Source: Candidatus Woodwardiibium gallinarum
GTDB lineage: Bacteria; Bacillota; Clostridia; Oscillospirales; CAG-382
Direction: 5' to 3'
NCBI GenBank assembly: GCA_904419545.1
Contig: CAJFRY010000003.1
Span: forward strand, 30,230 to 94,229
DNA: 64,000 bases
The notes beneath the pieces were generated by a model. It was not told where the DNA came from, searched no databases, and was given only the letters and a program-made list of their open reading frames with translations. Below, one piece after another: positions 39,883 to 50,345 of the stretch (positions within the stretch are counted from its first letter, which is position 1; each line of letters opens with the position of its first letter). The position numbers were made by a program, and so were the translations under genes.

Positions 39883-41289
39883 ATGTCCGTAAAGAAAGGA
39901 CTTACCTCGGTCAGTGCACTTTACCGCGACGCGGAGCGCTTCGGCGGCCGGACCGTCAAAATCGGCGGCTGGGTGCGCACAATCCGCTCTTCCAATGCTT
40001 TCGGCTTTATTGAGCTGAACGACGGCACATATTTTGCAAATCTGCAGGTCGTCATTGAAGACGCGCTGCTGTCAAATTATAATGAAATTACCAAGCAGAA
40101 CGTCGGTGCTGCGCTGCTGGTTGAGGGAACGCTCATTCTTACACCGGAGGCGAAGCAGCCGTTTGAACTGAAGGCTTCGGCTGTTACCGTCCTCGGCGCT
40201 TCGTCGCCTGATTTTCCGCTGCAGCCGAAAAAGCATTCGTTTGAGTTCCTGCGCACGATTGCACACCTTCGTCCGCGCGCCAATACTTTTAATGCTGTTT
40301 TCCGCGTGCGCTCGGTCGCGGCACAGGCCATTCATGCTTTTTTTGCCGAACGCGGCTTTATTTACGTACACACGCCTATTATCACTGCCAGTGATGCGGA
40401 GGGTGCAGGTGAAATGTTCCGCGTCACCACGCTGGATATCGGCGATCCCCCGCGCACCGAGGACGGCGAGGTGGACTTTGGCAAGGATTTCTTTTCGGCG
40501 CCTACCAATCTGACCGTTTCCGGCCAATTGGAGGCGGAGTGTTTTGCGCTGGCATTTAATAATGTATATACTTTCGGGCCGACCTTTCGCGCAGAGAATT
40601 CCAATACGCCGCGTCACGCCGCCGAGTTTTGGATGATTGAGCCTGAGATTGCTTTTGCCGATCTCGAGGACGATATGCAGCTTGCCGAAGACCTGACCAA
40701 ATACGTCATCCGTGATGTGCTGGAAAAGTGCCCGCGTGAAATTGCGTTTTTCAATCAATTTGTTGATTCCACGCTGAAGTCGCGGCTGGAAGCGGTGATG
40801 AATGCCGATTTTGTTCGTGTGACCTATACCGAAGCCATCGAACTTCTGAAGCGCTCGGGGCAGAAGTTCGAATTCCCGACTGAATGGGGCGTGGCGCTGC
40901 AGTCCGAGCATGAGCGCTATCTGACCGAAAAGGTTTTTGGCCGTCCTGCGTTTGTCACTGATTATCCAAAGGAAATCAAAGCTTTCTATATGCGCCTCAA
41001 CGACGATGGCAAAACTGTTGCCGCAGCGGATATGCTCGTGCCCGGTATCGGTGAGCTGATTGGGGGGTCGCAGAGAGAGGAGCGGCTTGATGTGCTGGAA
41101 AAGCGTATTGAGGAGCTGGGTCTGGATAAAAAGGCGTATTGGTGGTACCTCGAACTGCGTAAGTATGGCGGCGTCAAGCACGCCGGATTCGGCATCGGCT
41201 TCGAGCGGCTGATTATGTATATAACGGGGATGGGCAACATCCGTGATGTGGAGGCATTCCCGAGGACCGCGGGCAGCGCGGAATTTTAA
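39883..41289 (+). CDS. asnS: asparagine--tRNA ligase
   Basis: Class II aaRS motifs and an AsnRS N-terminal OB fold. Promoter TTGAAA-16-TGcTATAAT at 39793-39820. No T-box leader. Confidence 0.9.
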   Translation: MSVKKGLTSVSALYRDAERFGGRTVKIGGWVRTIRSSNAFGFIELNDGTYFANLQVVIEDALLSNYNEITKQNVGAALLVEGTLILTPEAKQPFELKASAVTVLGASSPDFPLQPKKHSFEFLRTIAHLRPRANTFNAVFRVRSVAAQAIHAFFAERGFIYVHTPIITASDAEGAGEMFRVTTLDIGDPPRTEDGEVDFGKDFFSAPTNLTVSGQLEAECFALAFNNVYTFGPTFRAENSNTPRHAAEFWMIEPEIAFADLEDDMQLAEDLTKYVIRDVLEKCPREIAFFNQFVDSTLKSRLEAVMNADFVRVTYTEAIELLKRSGQKFEFPTEWGVALQSEHERYLTEKVFGRPAFVTDYPKEIKAFYMRLNDDGKTVAAADMLVPGIGELIGGSQREERLDVLEKRIEELGLDKKAYWWYLELRKYGGVKHAGFGIGFERLIMYITGMGNIRDVEAFPRTAGSAEF

Positions 41290-41312
41290 TGGTGCGGAGA
41301 GAGACGAAAATC

Positions 41313-42599
41313 ATGCAAACAATCGAACAGTGCAAAGAAAAATACGAACATTATAAGGCCTCCGGCCTCAAGCTCGATATGTCCCGCGGGAAGCCGGCCG
41401 TCGATCAGCTCGACCTTTCCCGCGCACTGCTGTCTTTGCCCGGGCAGGATGACGGCTGTCTGCTGGAGAACGGCGTTGACTGCCGCAACTACGGTCTTCC
41501 TGCCGGTTTGCCGGCCATGCGCGCTTTGTTCGCCGAAATTCTCGGCGTTCAACCGGAAAATGTGATCGCCGGCGGCAATTCAAGTCTGAATATGATGTTC
41601 GACACCGTGGCGCAGGCGTTTTCCAAGGGAATCTGCGGCGGCAGACCTTGGTGCGGCGAAAAGGTCAAATTCCTGTGTCCCGCACCGGGGTATGACAGGC
41701 ATTTCGGTATCACCGAATATTTCGGCATTGAAATGATCAACATCCCCATAGGTGCAGACGGGCCGGATATGGATATCGTCGAGCGCTATGTTGAAAACGA
41801 TGCGTCGGTCAAGGGCATCTGGTGCGTGCCGAAGTATTCCAATCCTACGGGAATCACCTATTCCGATGAGACGGTCCGACGCTTCGCAAGGCTGAAGCCG
41901 AAAGCCGATGATTTCCGTATCTTTTGGGATAATTCCTATGTCCTTCATGATATCAGTAATACGCCGGATACACTTCTCAATTTATATGATGAAGCGGAAA
42001 AATGCGGCAATGCGGATATTGTTTTCCTGTTTACATCCACTTCTAAAATCACGTTCCCGGGTGCGGGTGTGGCTTGCGTCGCCGCTTCGCCCAAGAATGT
42101 CGAGTGGCTCCTGAGCCGTATTCAGTATCAAACCATCGGGCCGGATAAGCTCAATCAGCTCCGGCATCTGCGTATGCTGCCCGATCTGGAAGCGGTTCGT
42201 GCGCAGATGGCACGCCACCGCGCCATCATTCAGCCGAAGTTTGAGATGGTGCTTTCTGCGTTTGAGGACGGGTTGAAGGGACTTTCCGGTGTTTCGTGGA
42301 CAAAACCAAACGGCGGCTATTTCATCAGTCTGGACCTGCCGCGCGGATGTGCCTCCAGAGCCGTCGCTTTGGCGAAGGAGGCCGGTTTGGTTCTTACGCC
42401 GGCCGGCGCCACCTTCCCGTACGGGCGGGATCCCGAGGATGCCAACATTCGCGTTGCGCCTACATATCCGTCGCTTCCTGAGCTGGAAAAAGCTTTGGAG
42501 CTGATGATTTGCTGCGTGCGGCTGGCCTTAAATAAGATTGAGTTTAGCGATTCTGTAAATTTTGGCCAAAGACTGCAAAAATACCAAATTCCGACTTGA
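41313..42599 (+). CDS. PLP-dependent aminotransferase (class I/II fold)
   Basis: PLP-lysine region (TSTSKITFPGAGV) and an aminotransferase fold. The start was reset to the ATG at 41313 after GGAGAGAG. Confidence 0.7.
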   Translation: MQTIEQCKEKYEHYKASGLKLDMSRGKPAVDQLDLSRALLSLPGQDDGCLLENGVDCRNYGLPAGLPAMRALFAEILGVQPENVIAGGNSSLNMMFDTVAQAFSKGICGGRPWCGEKVKFLCPAPGYDRHFGITEYFGIEMINIPIGADGPDMDIVERYVENDASVKGIWCVPKYSNPTGITYSDETVRRFARLKPKADDFRIFWDNSYVLHDISNTPDTLLNLYDEAEKCGNADIVFLFTSTSKITFPGAGVACVAASPKNVEWLLSRIQYQTIGPDKLNQLRHLRMLPDLEAVRAQMARHRAIIQPKFEMVLSAFEDGLKGLSGVSWTKPNGGYFISLDLPRGCASRAVALAKEAGLVLTPAGATFPYGRDPEDANIRVAPTYPSLPELEKALELMICCVRLALNKIEFSDSVNFGQRLQKYQIPT

Positions 42600-42665
42600 A
42601 AAAGTGAATCTGTTGTGTTATAATGCCCATAGTCAGAATCATACCGACTTGAGAGGATGTGCAAA

Positions 42666-44189
42666 ATGGCTTTGAAAAAGAGCTTTATCGTACTGATCCT
42701 TTGCCTGGCGCTGCTTTCTGCGGCGTTGGCCGCCTGCTCCAACGGCGGGGAAGAGTCGGCCGTTCCCTCCGGCACGCAGTCCGACTTGAGCGGGACTGCC
42801 GCCGATGCCTTTCCGTATGAAGGGAATTTTGAAGGGCAGACCGTTCGGATCCTTACCGTCAGCAGTGACCGTCATCTGTATGGGGAACAGCAGTTTGTCG
42901 CCGATGAAGAGCTGTCCGGCAATGTCATCAATGATGCCGTGGCGGAGCGAAACAATTTGATTGAACAACTGTACGGCCTTACGATCAAGGTGGATTCTGC
43001 GCAATATCCTTCGGAGGAAATGCAGAACTATTTCCTGAGCGGTGATGCAAGGTATGATTTGGTTTGTGAGTCCGTAGACCGTATGGTAACACAAGTCTCT
43101 GAAAATCACTATTGGTCTCTTGACGACCTGCTGAACCTTGAAGATCCGTGGTGGGATCAGCGCTCGGTGGATATCCTCTCGCTGGACGGGACGAAGCACT
43201 TCTTCGTTTCGGGCGACGGGATGCTGACCAACGTTGATCATATCTATCTGACGCTGTTCAATAAAGACCTTTATGATACCAACGCAGACGTGAAGGCCGA
43301 GTTTGGCGACCTGTATGAAATGGTTGAAAACGGCACCTTTACCCTTGACAATTTTTATGCCATTTCGCGCGCCGTCTCCGTAGCGGATGAAAACGGCGAC
43401 TGGGGGATAGATGCGACCTTCGGTAATCTTTCGCATGCCTACGGTGCCACGATTATGGTGAACGGCGCGGGGATGGGTATGGTGGAGAAGGACGGCCAGG
43501 GCGGTTTGACCGTCACCGTCGGCACCCAGCGCGGCATCGATGTATTTCAAAAGGTGTATGACCTGATGTCGAATAAAAATGTTACCCAGCGAGCGGAACT
43601 GATTGCGGGACAGGGACCCAATCCGAGTACATATGGCTTTGCGGAACTGGAGTATATGTTTGTCAACGGGCACGGTCTGTTCTACAATACAACTGTTTCC
43701 TCGATATCGATTTTAAAGAATTCCAGCGCTGAACGGAATTTTGAGTTCGGCGTGCTTCCCATCCCGAAGTATGATGAGGCACAGGATGAATATTACTGTG
43801 CCGTCAACCGTTATCAGTCCAGCGTGCTGGGCATTCCTACAACCAACACGGATAATCTGGAGGCCACGACGTTCCTGATGAACGCGCTCGGCTACTACAA
43901 TACGCATATGCCCAGCGGCAAGACCGTGATGGACGCGTATTATGAAACCACGCTCAAATTGCAGGCGACCGATACCGACGAGGATGCGCGGATGCTTGAC
44001 ATCATTTTTGACAGCGCCTTCTATGATCTTGGCTCCATCTTTACGTGGGGTACGCTTTCCGGCCTGTACGGCAGCGTCATCAGCAATGACGCTGACAATA
44101 CGCTCGTTTCCTCGTGGCAGCAGATCGAGTCTGCAGTCACTGCTGCGATGGAGGAAACGGTTCGGCAGTATAGAGAAAGCATTACTTGA
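42666..44189 (+). CDS. SBP-like lipoprotein (extracellular solute-binding fold) with no transporter partner
   Basis: Lipobox LAAC. Roughly 500-aa SBP-type composition. Promoter -10 TGTTATAAT at about 42612. Confidence 0.55.
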   Translation: MALKKSFIVLILCLALLSAALAACSNGGEESAVPSGTQSDLSGTAADAFPYEGNFEGQTVRILTVSSDRHLYGEQQFVADEELSGNVINDAVAERNNLIEQLYGLTIKVDSAQYPSEEMQNYFLSGDARYDLVCESVDRMVTQVSENHYWSLDDLLNLEDPWWDQRSVDILSLDGTKHFFVSGDGMLTNVDHIYLTLFNKDLYDTNADVKAEFGDLYEMVENGTFTLDNFYAISRAVSVADENGDWGIDATFGNLSHAYGATIMVNGAGMGMVEKDGQGGLTVTVGTQRGIDVFQKVYDLMSNKNVTQRAELIAGQGPNPSTYGFAELEYMFVNGHGLFYNTTVSSISILKNSSAERNFEFGVLPIPKYDEAQDEYYCAVNRYQSSVLGIPTTNTDNLEATTFLMNALGYYNTHMPSGKTVMDAYYETTLKLQATDTDEDARMLDIIFDSAFYDLGSIFTWGTLSGLYGSVISNDADNTLVSSWQQIESAVTAAMEETVRQYRESIT

Positions 44190-44203
44190 TGAGGAAGATT
44201 CTT

Positions 44204-46540
44204 ATGGCTAAAAGACTGTTGGCGTTGCTTGTCTGTCTGCTGCTGGTTTCTGCCGCGATTCCGGCGGCCGCAGCGGAGGAAGAGACAAATATCGCGCTGG
44301 GGAAATCCTATACTACGTTTACCGAAGCTGCAATTGAAAATGGGTTTCCCAAGCAGGTTACGGACAACAACGGGGAATTGACCGATGGAAATTCTGCTTC
44401 AAATGTAATTGGCGATCCCAACTGGGTGCAGTTTTATCGGGGTGTTTTTACCGGTGTGACCATCGATCTTGGTGAGGAAATGGCTGTGTCCGGCTACGAG
44501 ATGGGACAGCTTTCCGGGGTGGGCGCAGGCGTCTATCTTTCTCGTTATATCGAATTTTCGGTGTCGCTTGACGGTGAGACTTTTTACCTTGTCAACCGTT
44601 GGGAAGACCAGAAGATGATTTCGAGTACGCCAAACGGACGTGTTGTCCATTCCTATAACGGCGACCGGTACAGAGCACGCTATGTGCGGCTGATCTTTTC
44701 GTCCGATGTCAATTGCTTTATCGATGAGATTAAGGTGTTCGGCGGCGCGGCTGACGGCGGCGAAAAAACAGCCGATGTCGAACAGAAGATTGAATACCGC
44801 AACGCTTATGCGCCGAATGATATTGAAGCGCTCGGCGGTACGTCCAACAGTATTCTGATTTATAACAATGAATATTATAACGGCTCGGTTTCGGATATCG
44901 GGAAGAATACATATGATGAGCTGTTGCCCTATATTGCCTATGTCGATAAAGATCAAACAGTCTTGGACACGATGTTCGAGTCGGCGCTTTTCCTTCCGCT
45001 CAATCCCGGAACGGACGGCGAGCATTCACTGATGAAGCAGTCCGGCTGGGAGCATTATCTTGAAAATACCATCGGCGCGGCGGAGGACATCAATATGACC
45101 GCGCTTGACCGCCTGGTCGGCGACCTCAAGGAGACGCTGGCGTTGGGTGACGATTTTCTCTATCCCGTGATTATGACGGTGCCTTTCACAAATGTATCTG
45201 ATGCGGCCTTCGGTACTTTGGACGGCGATGTTTCGATTGATTTAAGCACGCTGGATAACTGCAAAGCGGCTGTCGAATGGTTCGTCGATGAATCCATTGC
45301 CGCATTTGAGGGCGCGGATTTTCAGAATCTTACGCTTGTCGGTTTTTATTGGTATGCTGAGCTGGTCAACTATGCCGCAGCGGATTTCAGTGAGGAACTG
45401 GTTGTTTCGTTCAATGATTATGTGCATAGCAAGGAGCTCGGTACGATGTGGATTCCGTATTACTGCGCGCCCGGTATGGAACGCGCAGTTGAGCTCGGTT
45501 TCGACGTCGCCTGTGTTCAGAACGGCTACGCGTTTCCGGACGAGGAAAGCGAAAACGGATTGGTGCAGCCGGGCGTTATAGCGGATTCGCTGGATATTGC
45601 ATATAAATATGGGCTTGGCGCGGAAATCGAACTGCAACTTGTCGAGGATTTCTATGACCGTTATTCTGAGTATATTTCCGGCAATTATTCGGCCGGCGTG
45701 ATGACGGACAGCTATACGGCATTCTATCAGGGCGGCGGTCCGGGCGCGCTGTATACCTGTGCATACGGCAACAATACACAGCGTGCTTTGTACGATATGA
45801 CGTATATGTACCTTAAAGGGACTTACGAAGAATTTGCGCCTGTAATCGAACAGGACGGCCCCGTTTATTTTTTGAAGGACTCTACCAAAAACAGCGGCAC
45901 GCTCCGTGTGACGGACGGCGATACGCCCCGTACTGAGTTGACCATCGCTTATCTCGAAGAACCTTCGCATGGCAAACTTTCCATTGATGCGGACGGGTAT
46001 TTTCTCTATGTGCCCGATACCGGTTATACAGGTGATGACAGTTTTGTCATCGAACTGACCGACGGAAGGCATTCTTCCGGCCGTGTGACCATTCAATTGA
46101 AAATCGTGGAAACACTGATGCCGCTGAGCAAGGCCGGCAGTGACCTTACCGGTACGCGCATTGTGCGTATTGCAGATAAGGCTTCGACGCAGACGGTCGG
46201 CGACGGAATCTATGAAGTCGCTGTCAGCGCGGAAGGGAAAGTCATTTCCGCCGCGTATGCGAATGATACCGCCATACCCGACGGCGGTTATGTCATTGCG
46301 GCCATCGGCAGTGAAAAAGTGAATTGGCTCAGCACCTATGCTGTCGTCGGCACGACGGCGATTTATGACGCGGTGACCAATTCGATCGTTTTTGAGGCCG
46401 TCCCTGACGGCAGTGACGGCGAAAGCGCGAATCCTACGACGACAATCGTTATCATCTGCGCCGTGATTGTGGTTGTAATCGCAGCAGCGATTATAATAAG
46501 CATTATGCAAAAACGAAAGAAAAGGGGACAACAAGCATGA
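44204..46540 (+). CDS. surface protein: discoidin-like repeat + DUF4855-like core + Ig-like domain + C-terminal TM anchor; paralog of 35889..38996
   Basis: Signal peptide. GELTDGNSAS discoidin-like repeat. The core is conserved with the paralog. C-terminal TM helix plus a KRKKRGQQA stop-transfer tail. The start was reset to MAKRLL at 44204. Confidence 0.7.
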   Translation: MAKRLLALLVCLLLVSAAIPAAAAEEETNIALGKSYTTFTEAAIENGFPKQVTDNNGELTDGNSASNVIGDPNWVQFYRGVFTGVTIDLGEEMAVSGYEMGQLSGVGAGVYLSRYIEFSVSLDGETFYLVNRWEDQKMISSTPNGRVVHSYNGDRYRARYVRLIFSSDVNCFIDEIKVFGGAADGGEKTADVEQKIEYRNAYAPNDIEALGGTSNSILIYNNEYYNGSVSDIGKNTYDELLPYIAYVDKDQTVLDTMFESALFLPLNPGTDGEHSLMKQSGWEHYLENTIGAAEDINMTALDRLVGDLKETLALGDDFLYPVIMTVPFTNVSDAAFGTLDGDVSIDLSTLDNCKAAVEWFVDESIAAFEGADFQNLTLVGFYWYAELVNYAAADFSEELVVSFNDYVHSKELGTMWIPYYCAPGMERAVELGFDVACVQNGYAFPDEESENGLVQPGVIADSLDIAYKYGLGAEIELQLVEDFYDRYSEYISGNYSAGVMTDSYTAFYQGGGPGALYTCAYGNNTQRALYDMTYMYLKGTYEEFAPVIEQDGPVYFLKDSTKNSGTLRVTDGDTPRTELTIAYLEEPSHGKLSIDADGYFLYVPDTGYTGDDSFVIELTDGRHSSGRVTIQLKIVETLMPLSKAGSDLTGTRIVRIADKASTQTVGDGIYEVAVSAEGKVISAAYANDTAIPDGGYVIAAIGSEKVNWLSTYAVVGTTAIYDAVTNSIVFEAVPDGSDGESANPTTTIVIICAVIVVVIAAAIIISIMQKRKKRGQQA

Positions 46541-47901
46541 AAAAAGTAATTGCCTCAATTTTGGCCGTTGTGATGTTGCTCTTCCTCGTTGCTTGCGGAA
46601 CGTCTGAAGGGGACGAAAGCAGCACTGCTGCTTCTTCCAATCCTCCTGCGTCCACAAGCCGAGATGAGAGCAGCGCCACTTCCACCGAACCGGACGACGA
46701 GTCGTCCGCCGCTTCTGAGGATACATCGTCCGAGGAAAGCGATCCCGGTCCCGAGCTTCCGGCGTATCTGGCGAACTTTGTATCGTTTGCAGATACTCTT
46801 GGCGTTAATTTGAGAGCAACGGACAACACCTCTATCCGCTTGACGAAGATTAACGAAGCGCCTGTCGAGGGCGATATCGTGCTCTTCAATGCCGAGTATG
46901 GCGATACAATCGCTGCCGGCGACGAGACCTATGCCGACTTCACGATCGTTGTGTTTGAGTACGATCATGATGTGTTCACCTATGTTGAAAAGTCGCGTGC
47001 AGATGTGGGCGAGGATGACACAAAGGCTGACACTGCCATTCCTGCGGACGGCTTTGTCCTTGCCATTTCCGAACTGCAGACGCAGGCGCTTGCCAATCTG
47101 GAAAATCTGAACAGTGATAGCGTTGTCCATGTGCACGGCGTGCCTGCGCTGGCGCCTGATGCTGTAGATGAGAATAATAATACCTACGGCATCACGGTTC
47201 AGAAGATCGACACCGCTCCTACGATCGACGGCATTGTCGACGAGGACGAATACGGTGCTCCGGTCTGGGTCGTGAACGAAAACAACCACTTCTGGTCTTA
47301 TGCCTCCTTTGAAAAGGATCAGTATTATGCCACTGCGGATATTTACGCAAGATGTGATGACGAAAACCTTTATTTTGCGGTTGTCGTAGATTCGCCGTAT
47401 CACTACTGCCCGCTGGATCAGAAAGGAGCCAGCGGTATGTATGACTATGAATGCATTCAGGTCGACATACTGGATCAAAGCCCGTCGAGCGATTATATGC
47501 TTGAGCATTTTGATTGGTTCAGTAGTACCAATGCGGTTGCATCTCAGGAAGGCCATTTCAGACAGTACGGCTTTGCGGTGAGCAGCAATGAGGGCAACGA
47601 AACGCTTTCCTGTGTTTGGGTTTCCGCAGGCGGAGACGCAGCTGCGTTTACCGGCGAATGCAAGGTTCTTCGCGACGACGAAGCGCAGACAACAACCTAC
47701 GAGGTTTCGATACCGTGGGCGGAGATCGGTATTGAAAACGTTGATGCCGGCACTGAGTTCGGCTTCTCCGTTTCGATCAACTCGACCAATGAGGAAGACG
47801 ATGCTGCCGGTACCTGGAAAAACATCACGCTGCGTGACGGCGGCGGCATCATTGGCCGCAACGACCTTTCCAAGGTTCCCGTAGCGACCATCGAAAATTA
47901 A
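46537..47901 (+). CDS. lipoprotein with a CBM9/DOMON-like carbohydrate-binding domain
   Basis: Lipobox LVAC. Acidic Ser-rich linker. C-terminal domain with TIDGIVDEDEYGAPVW...LYFAVVVDSPYHY resembling CBM9-type sugar-binding modules. It overlaps the previous gene by 4 nt. Confidence 0.5.
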   Translation: MKKVIASILAVVMLLFLVACGTSEGDESSTAASSNPPASTSRDESSATSTEPDDESSAASEDTSSEESDPGPELPAYLANFVSFADTLGVNLRATDNTSIRLTKINEAPVEGDIVLFNAEYGDTIAAGDETYADFTIVVFEYDHDVFTYVEKSRADVGEDDTKADTAIPADGFVLAISELQTQALANLENLNSDSVVHVHGVPALAPDAVDENNNTYGITVQKIDTAPTIDGIVDEDEYGAPVWVVNENNHFWSYASFEKDQYYATADIYARCDDENLYFAVVVDSPYHYCPLDQKGASGMYDYECIQVDILDQSPSSDYMLEHFDWFSSTNAVASQEGHFRQYGFAVSSNEGNETLSCVWVSAGGDAAAFTGECKVLRDDEAQTTTYEVSIPWAEIGIENVDAGTEFGFSVSINSTNEEDDAAGTWKNITLRDGGGIIGRNDLSKVPVATIEN

Positions 47902-47998
47902 ACAACATATCGGAATGGGGGAGCAACCCTTACGGGCGGGTCCCCCATTTCCTCTGCTGTTAAAATCAATTAGAATGTCGAAAGGAAAACAAACAGTT

Positions 47999-48865
47999 AT
48001 GAAAATCGGAGTTAGCCTGTACAGCTTCCACGCGTATGCCGGAGAAGACAGCCTTGGAATGAAGGGCTGCATCGCCAAAGCGAAGGAGATTGGCTGCGAA
48101 GGCGTTGACTTTGTTGAAACACAGCACGAATCTCAGGAGGCGTACCTTGCGCATGCGCGTGAAATTGGCGCGTATTGCCGCGAAATCGGTGTGGAGGCAG
48201 TCTGCTTCTGCGTCGGCAGCGACTTTCTCAACGGAAGCGGCGGCGACGTCGATGCCGAGATTGCCAGAGTCAAAGGCAGAGTGGATATCGCTGCGGCTTA
48301 CGGCTGCAAGCTGATGCGTCATGACGCTACGCCCGGATATCCGAATGATAAAAAGTTCGGCCGCAGTTTCGACGCGGTGCTGCCGATCCTCACAAAGGCA
48401 TATCGTGAAGTGACTGAATATGCGGAGCAGAGGGGCGTCAAGACCTGTATCGAAAACCATGGCTTCTTCGCACAGGATGCCGAACGCGTAGAAAAGCTGA
48501 TCAACGCCGTTGGGCATCCGAATTTCGGCGCGTTGGTGGATATCGGCAACTTCGCCTGTGCGGATGAAGATTCGGCCCGTTCAGTCGGCATTATGGCGCC
48601 GTACGCCTTCCATTCGCACGCGAAGGACTTCCATAAGAAGAACGGCAGCTTGGACAATCCGGGTGAAGGCTGGTTCCAGTCTCGTGCATGCAATTATTTG
48701 CGTGGATCGATCATCGGTCACGGCGACGTTCCGGTCAGACAGTGCATCAACGCTCTCAGACGCGGCGGTTATGATGGCTATATGATGATTGAATTTGAGG
48801 GAATGGAGGATCCTGTCCGCGGCATTACCGTCGGGTATAATAACCTCAAACGTTTTATCGGCTGA
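47999..48865 (+). CDS. sugar phosphate isomerase/epimerase (xylose-isomerase-like TIM barrel)
   Basis: AP-endonuclease-2/TIM-barrel family metal-binding residues (ENHG, VDIGNF, HSHAKD). The start was reset to the ATG at 47999. Confidence 0.75.
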   Translation: MKIGVSLYSFHAYAGEDSLGMKGCIAKAKEIGCEGVDFVETQHESQEAYLAHAREIGAYCREIGVEAVCFCVGSDFLNGSGGDVDAEIARVKGRVDIAAAYGCKLMRHDATPGYPNDKKFGRSFDAVLPILTKAYREVTEYAEQRGVKTCIENHGFFAQDAERVEKLINAVGHPNFGALVDIGNFACADEDSARSVGIMAPYAFHSHAKDFHKKNGSLDNPGEGWFQSRACNYLRGSIIGHGDVPVRQCINALRRGGYDGYMMIEFEGMEDPVRGITVGYNNLKRFIG

Positions 48866-48936
48866 TTTTGCTGCAGCGATGCAGGGGGTCTGTAAGCGTC
48901 CCCCTGCATCAGCATGCTTGGATCGGAGCGCATATC

Positions 48937-49575
48937 ATGGATAAAAACAACAGAAAGAATAAAATGCGTAAGGCTCTGCTCATTGTCGGTATTGTCACGG
49001 CGGTGCTGCTGGCGCTTCTCCTCTGTGTGCAATTGATTTCACAGGCTTTGATCGAGAAGGTGGATACCTATGTCCGCTTGGACGGTATTCGCTTTGCGCA
49101 GGCTGATTATGAGTATAATATTTTTGACGATGTGTTGTATAACGCCAAGGAGCACGATATTTATTACTCCGAATATGGTTCGGGTGAATTGATTGAAAAC
49201 GGTGCGTATGAGCAATATGGAGATCAGGCCGTATTCTTCCGTAAATATTTCGACTGTGTGATAAACGGCCGTTATGACGAATATCCGAAGTTGTTTACAG
49301 ATGATTTTTTCAAAACGCATACGATACCTGAGCGTTTCACGATGCAGAAAATTTATGATATCCGCGTCGATTTGAACGATAAAAAATCGGCGGAGGTGGA
49401 TGGGAAGCAGACCACCTTGTATTGCTATATGGTTTCGTATAAAATAATGAATAATAACGGTACGTTTCGCGGTGATGTCGGCAGTGATACTGCAAAACCG
49501 TTGTATTTTGAAATTTGTACTTTTGACTCGAATGACACCAGAATTCATACGTTAAGTTTTGTAAACCACGCATAG
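48937..49575 (+). CDS. hypothetical membrane-anchored protein (lower-GC gene)
   Basis: One TM helix after a K-rich N-terminus. No family recognised. Its stop lies 14 nt before cysE. Confidence 0.45.
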   Translation: MDKNNRKNKMRKALLIVGIVTAVLLALLLCVQLISQALIEKVDTYVRLDGIRFAQADYEYNIFDDVLYNAKEHDIYYSEYGSGELIENGAYEQYGDQAVFFRKYFDCVINGRYDEYPKLFTDDFFKTHTIPERFTMQKIYDIRVDLNDKKSAEVDGKQTTLYCYMVSYKIMNNNGTFRGDVGSDTAKPLYFEICTFDSNDTRIHTLSFVNHA

Positions 49576-49588
49576 AAAGGCACGCATT

Positions 49589-50293
49589 ATGGCAAAACAA
49601 TTTCAATGGGACACTTCTTATTTGATGAAAAAAGCTGAGGAAGCGATTAATGCGGGACGAAGAACGGTCGCTGACATTGCATATGAGGTACGCGCCATTC
49701 GTGACCGGGACCCTGCCGCGCGCAGCAACGCGGAGGTTCTGCTGCTTTATCCCGGCCTTCATGCCGTGCTCGCGCATCGTGCGGCGCATTATCTGCACGG
49801 AAAAAAACACTTTTTTGCTGCCCGTGCGATCAGCCAGATTGCGCGCGGCCTGACAGGAATTGAGATTCATCCTGCTGCAAAAATCGGCAAGGGCGTTTTC
49901 ATCGATCACGGCTGTGCCGTTGTCATCGGTGAAACGGCGGAGGTGGGCGATAACTGCACTATTTATCAGGGTGTGACACTCGGCGGTACCGGTAAACATT
50001 GCGGCAAACGCCATCCTACGCTGGGCAATGACGTGATGGTCGGTGCCGGTGCGAAGGTGCTCGGCCCCTTTAAGGTCGGGGACCATGCAAAAATTGCGGC
50101 AGGCGCCGTCGTGCTCAAAGAGGTACCGAGCGATTCCACCGCTGTCGGTATACCCGCCAAGATTGTTAACAGTGCCTCCAAAAGCGGCGCAGAAAATCTC
50201 GATCAGATCAATATTCCCGACCCTGTTGCGCAGGAACTGACGGCACTCAAGGAGCGTGTCGCTGAGCTGGAACGGAGGCTTGCGGCGGAATAA
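49589..50293 (+). CDS. cysE: serine O-acetyltransferase
   Basis: SAT N-terminal domain plus hexapeptide repeats (IHPAAKIGKGVFIDHGCAVVIGETAEVGDNCTIYQGVTLGGTG). Confidence 0.85.
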   Translation: MAKQFQWDTSYLMKKAEEAINAGRRTVADIAYEVRAIRDRDPAARSNAEVLLLYPGLHAVLAHRAAHYLHGKKHFFAARAISQIARGLTGIEIHPAAKIGKGVFIDHGCAVVIGETAEVGDNCTIYQGVTLGGTGKHCGKRHPTLGNDVMVGAGAKVLGPFKVGDHAKIAAGAVVLKEVPSDSTAVGIPAKIVNSASKSGAENLDQINIPDPVAQELTALKERVAELERRLAAE

Positions 50294-50345
50294 TGCCGTT
50301 TTATGATGTTTAAAATCCGAAAAAATTGGATAAAGGAATCAATAA

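Noticed and set aside
40072-41181. 369-aa minus-strand ORF inside asnS
   Set aside because: It is an antisense shadow; asnS is unambiguous.
45242-48078. 494-aa and 507-aa minus-strand ORFs opposite the surface-protein and lipoprotein genes
   Set aside because: They are Arg/Gly/Ile-rich antisense shadows. The plus-strand genes have signal peptides, lipoboxes and a paralog match.
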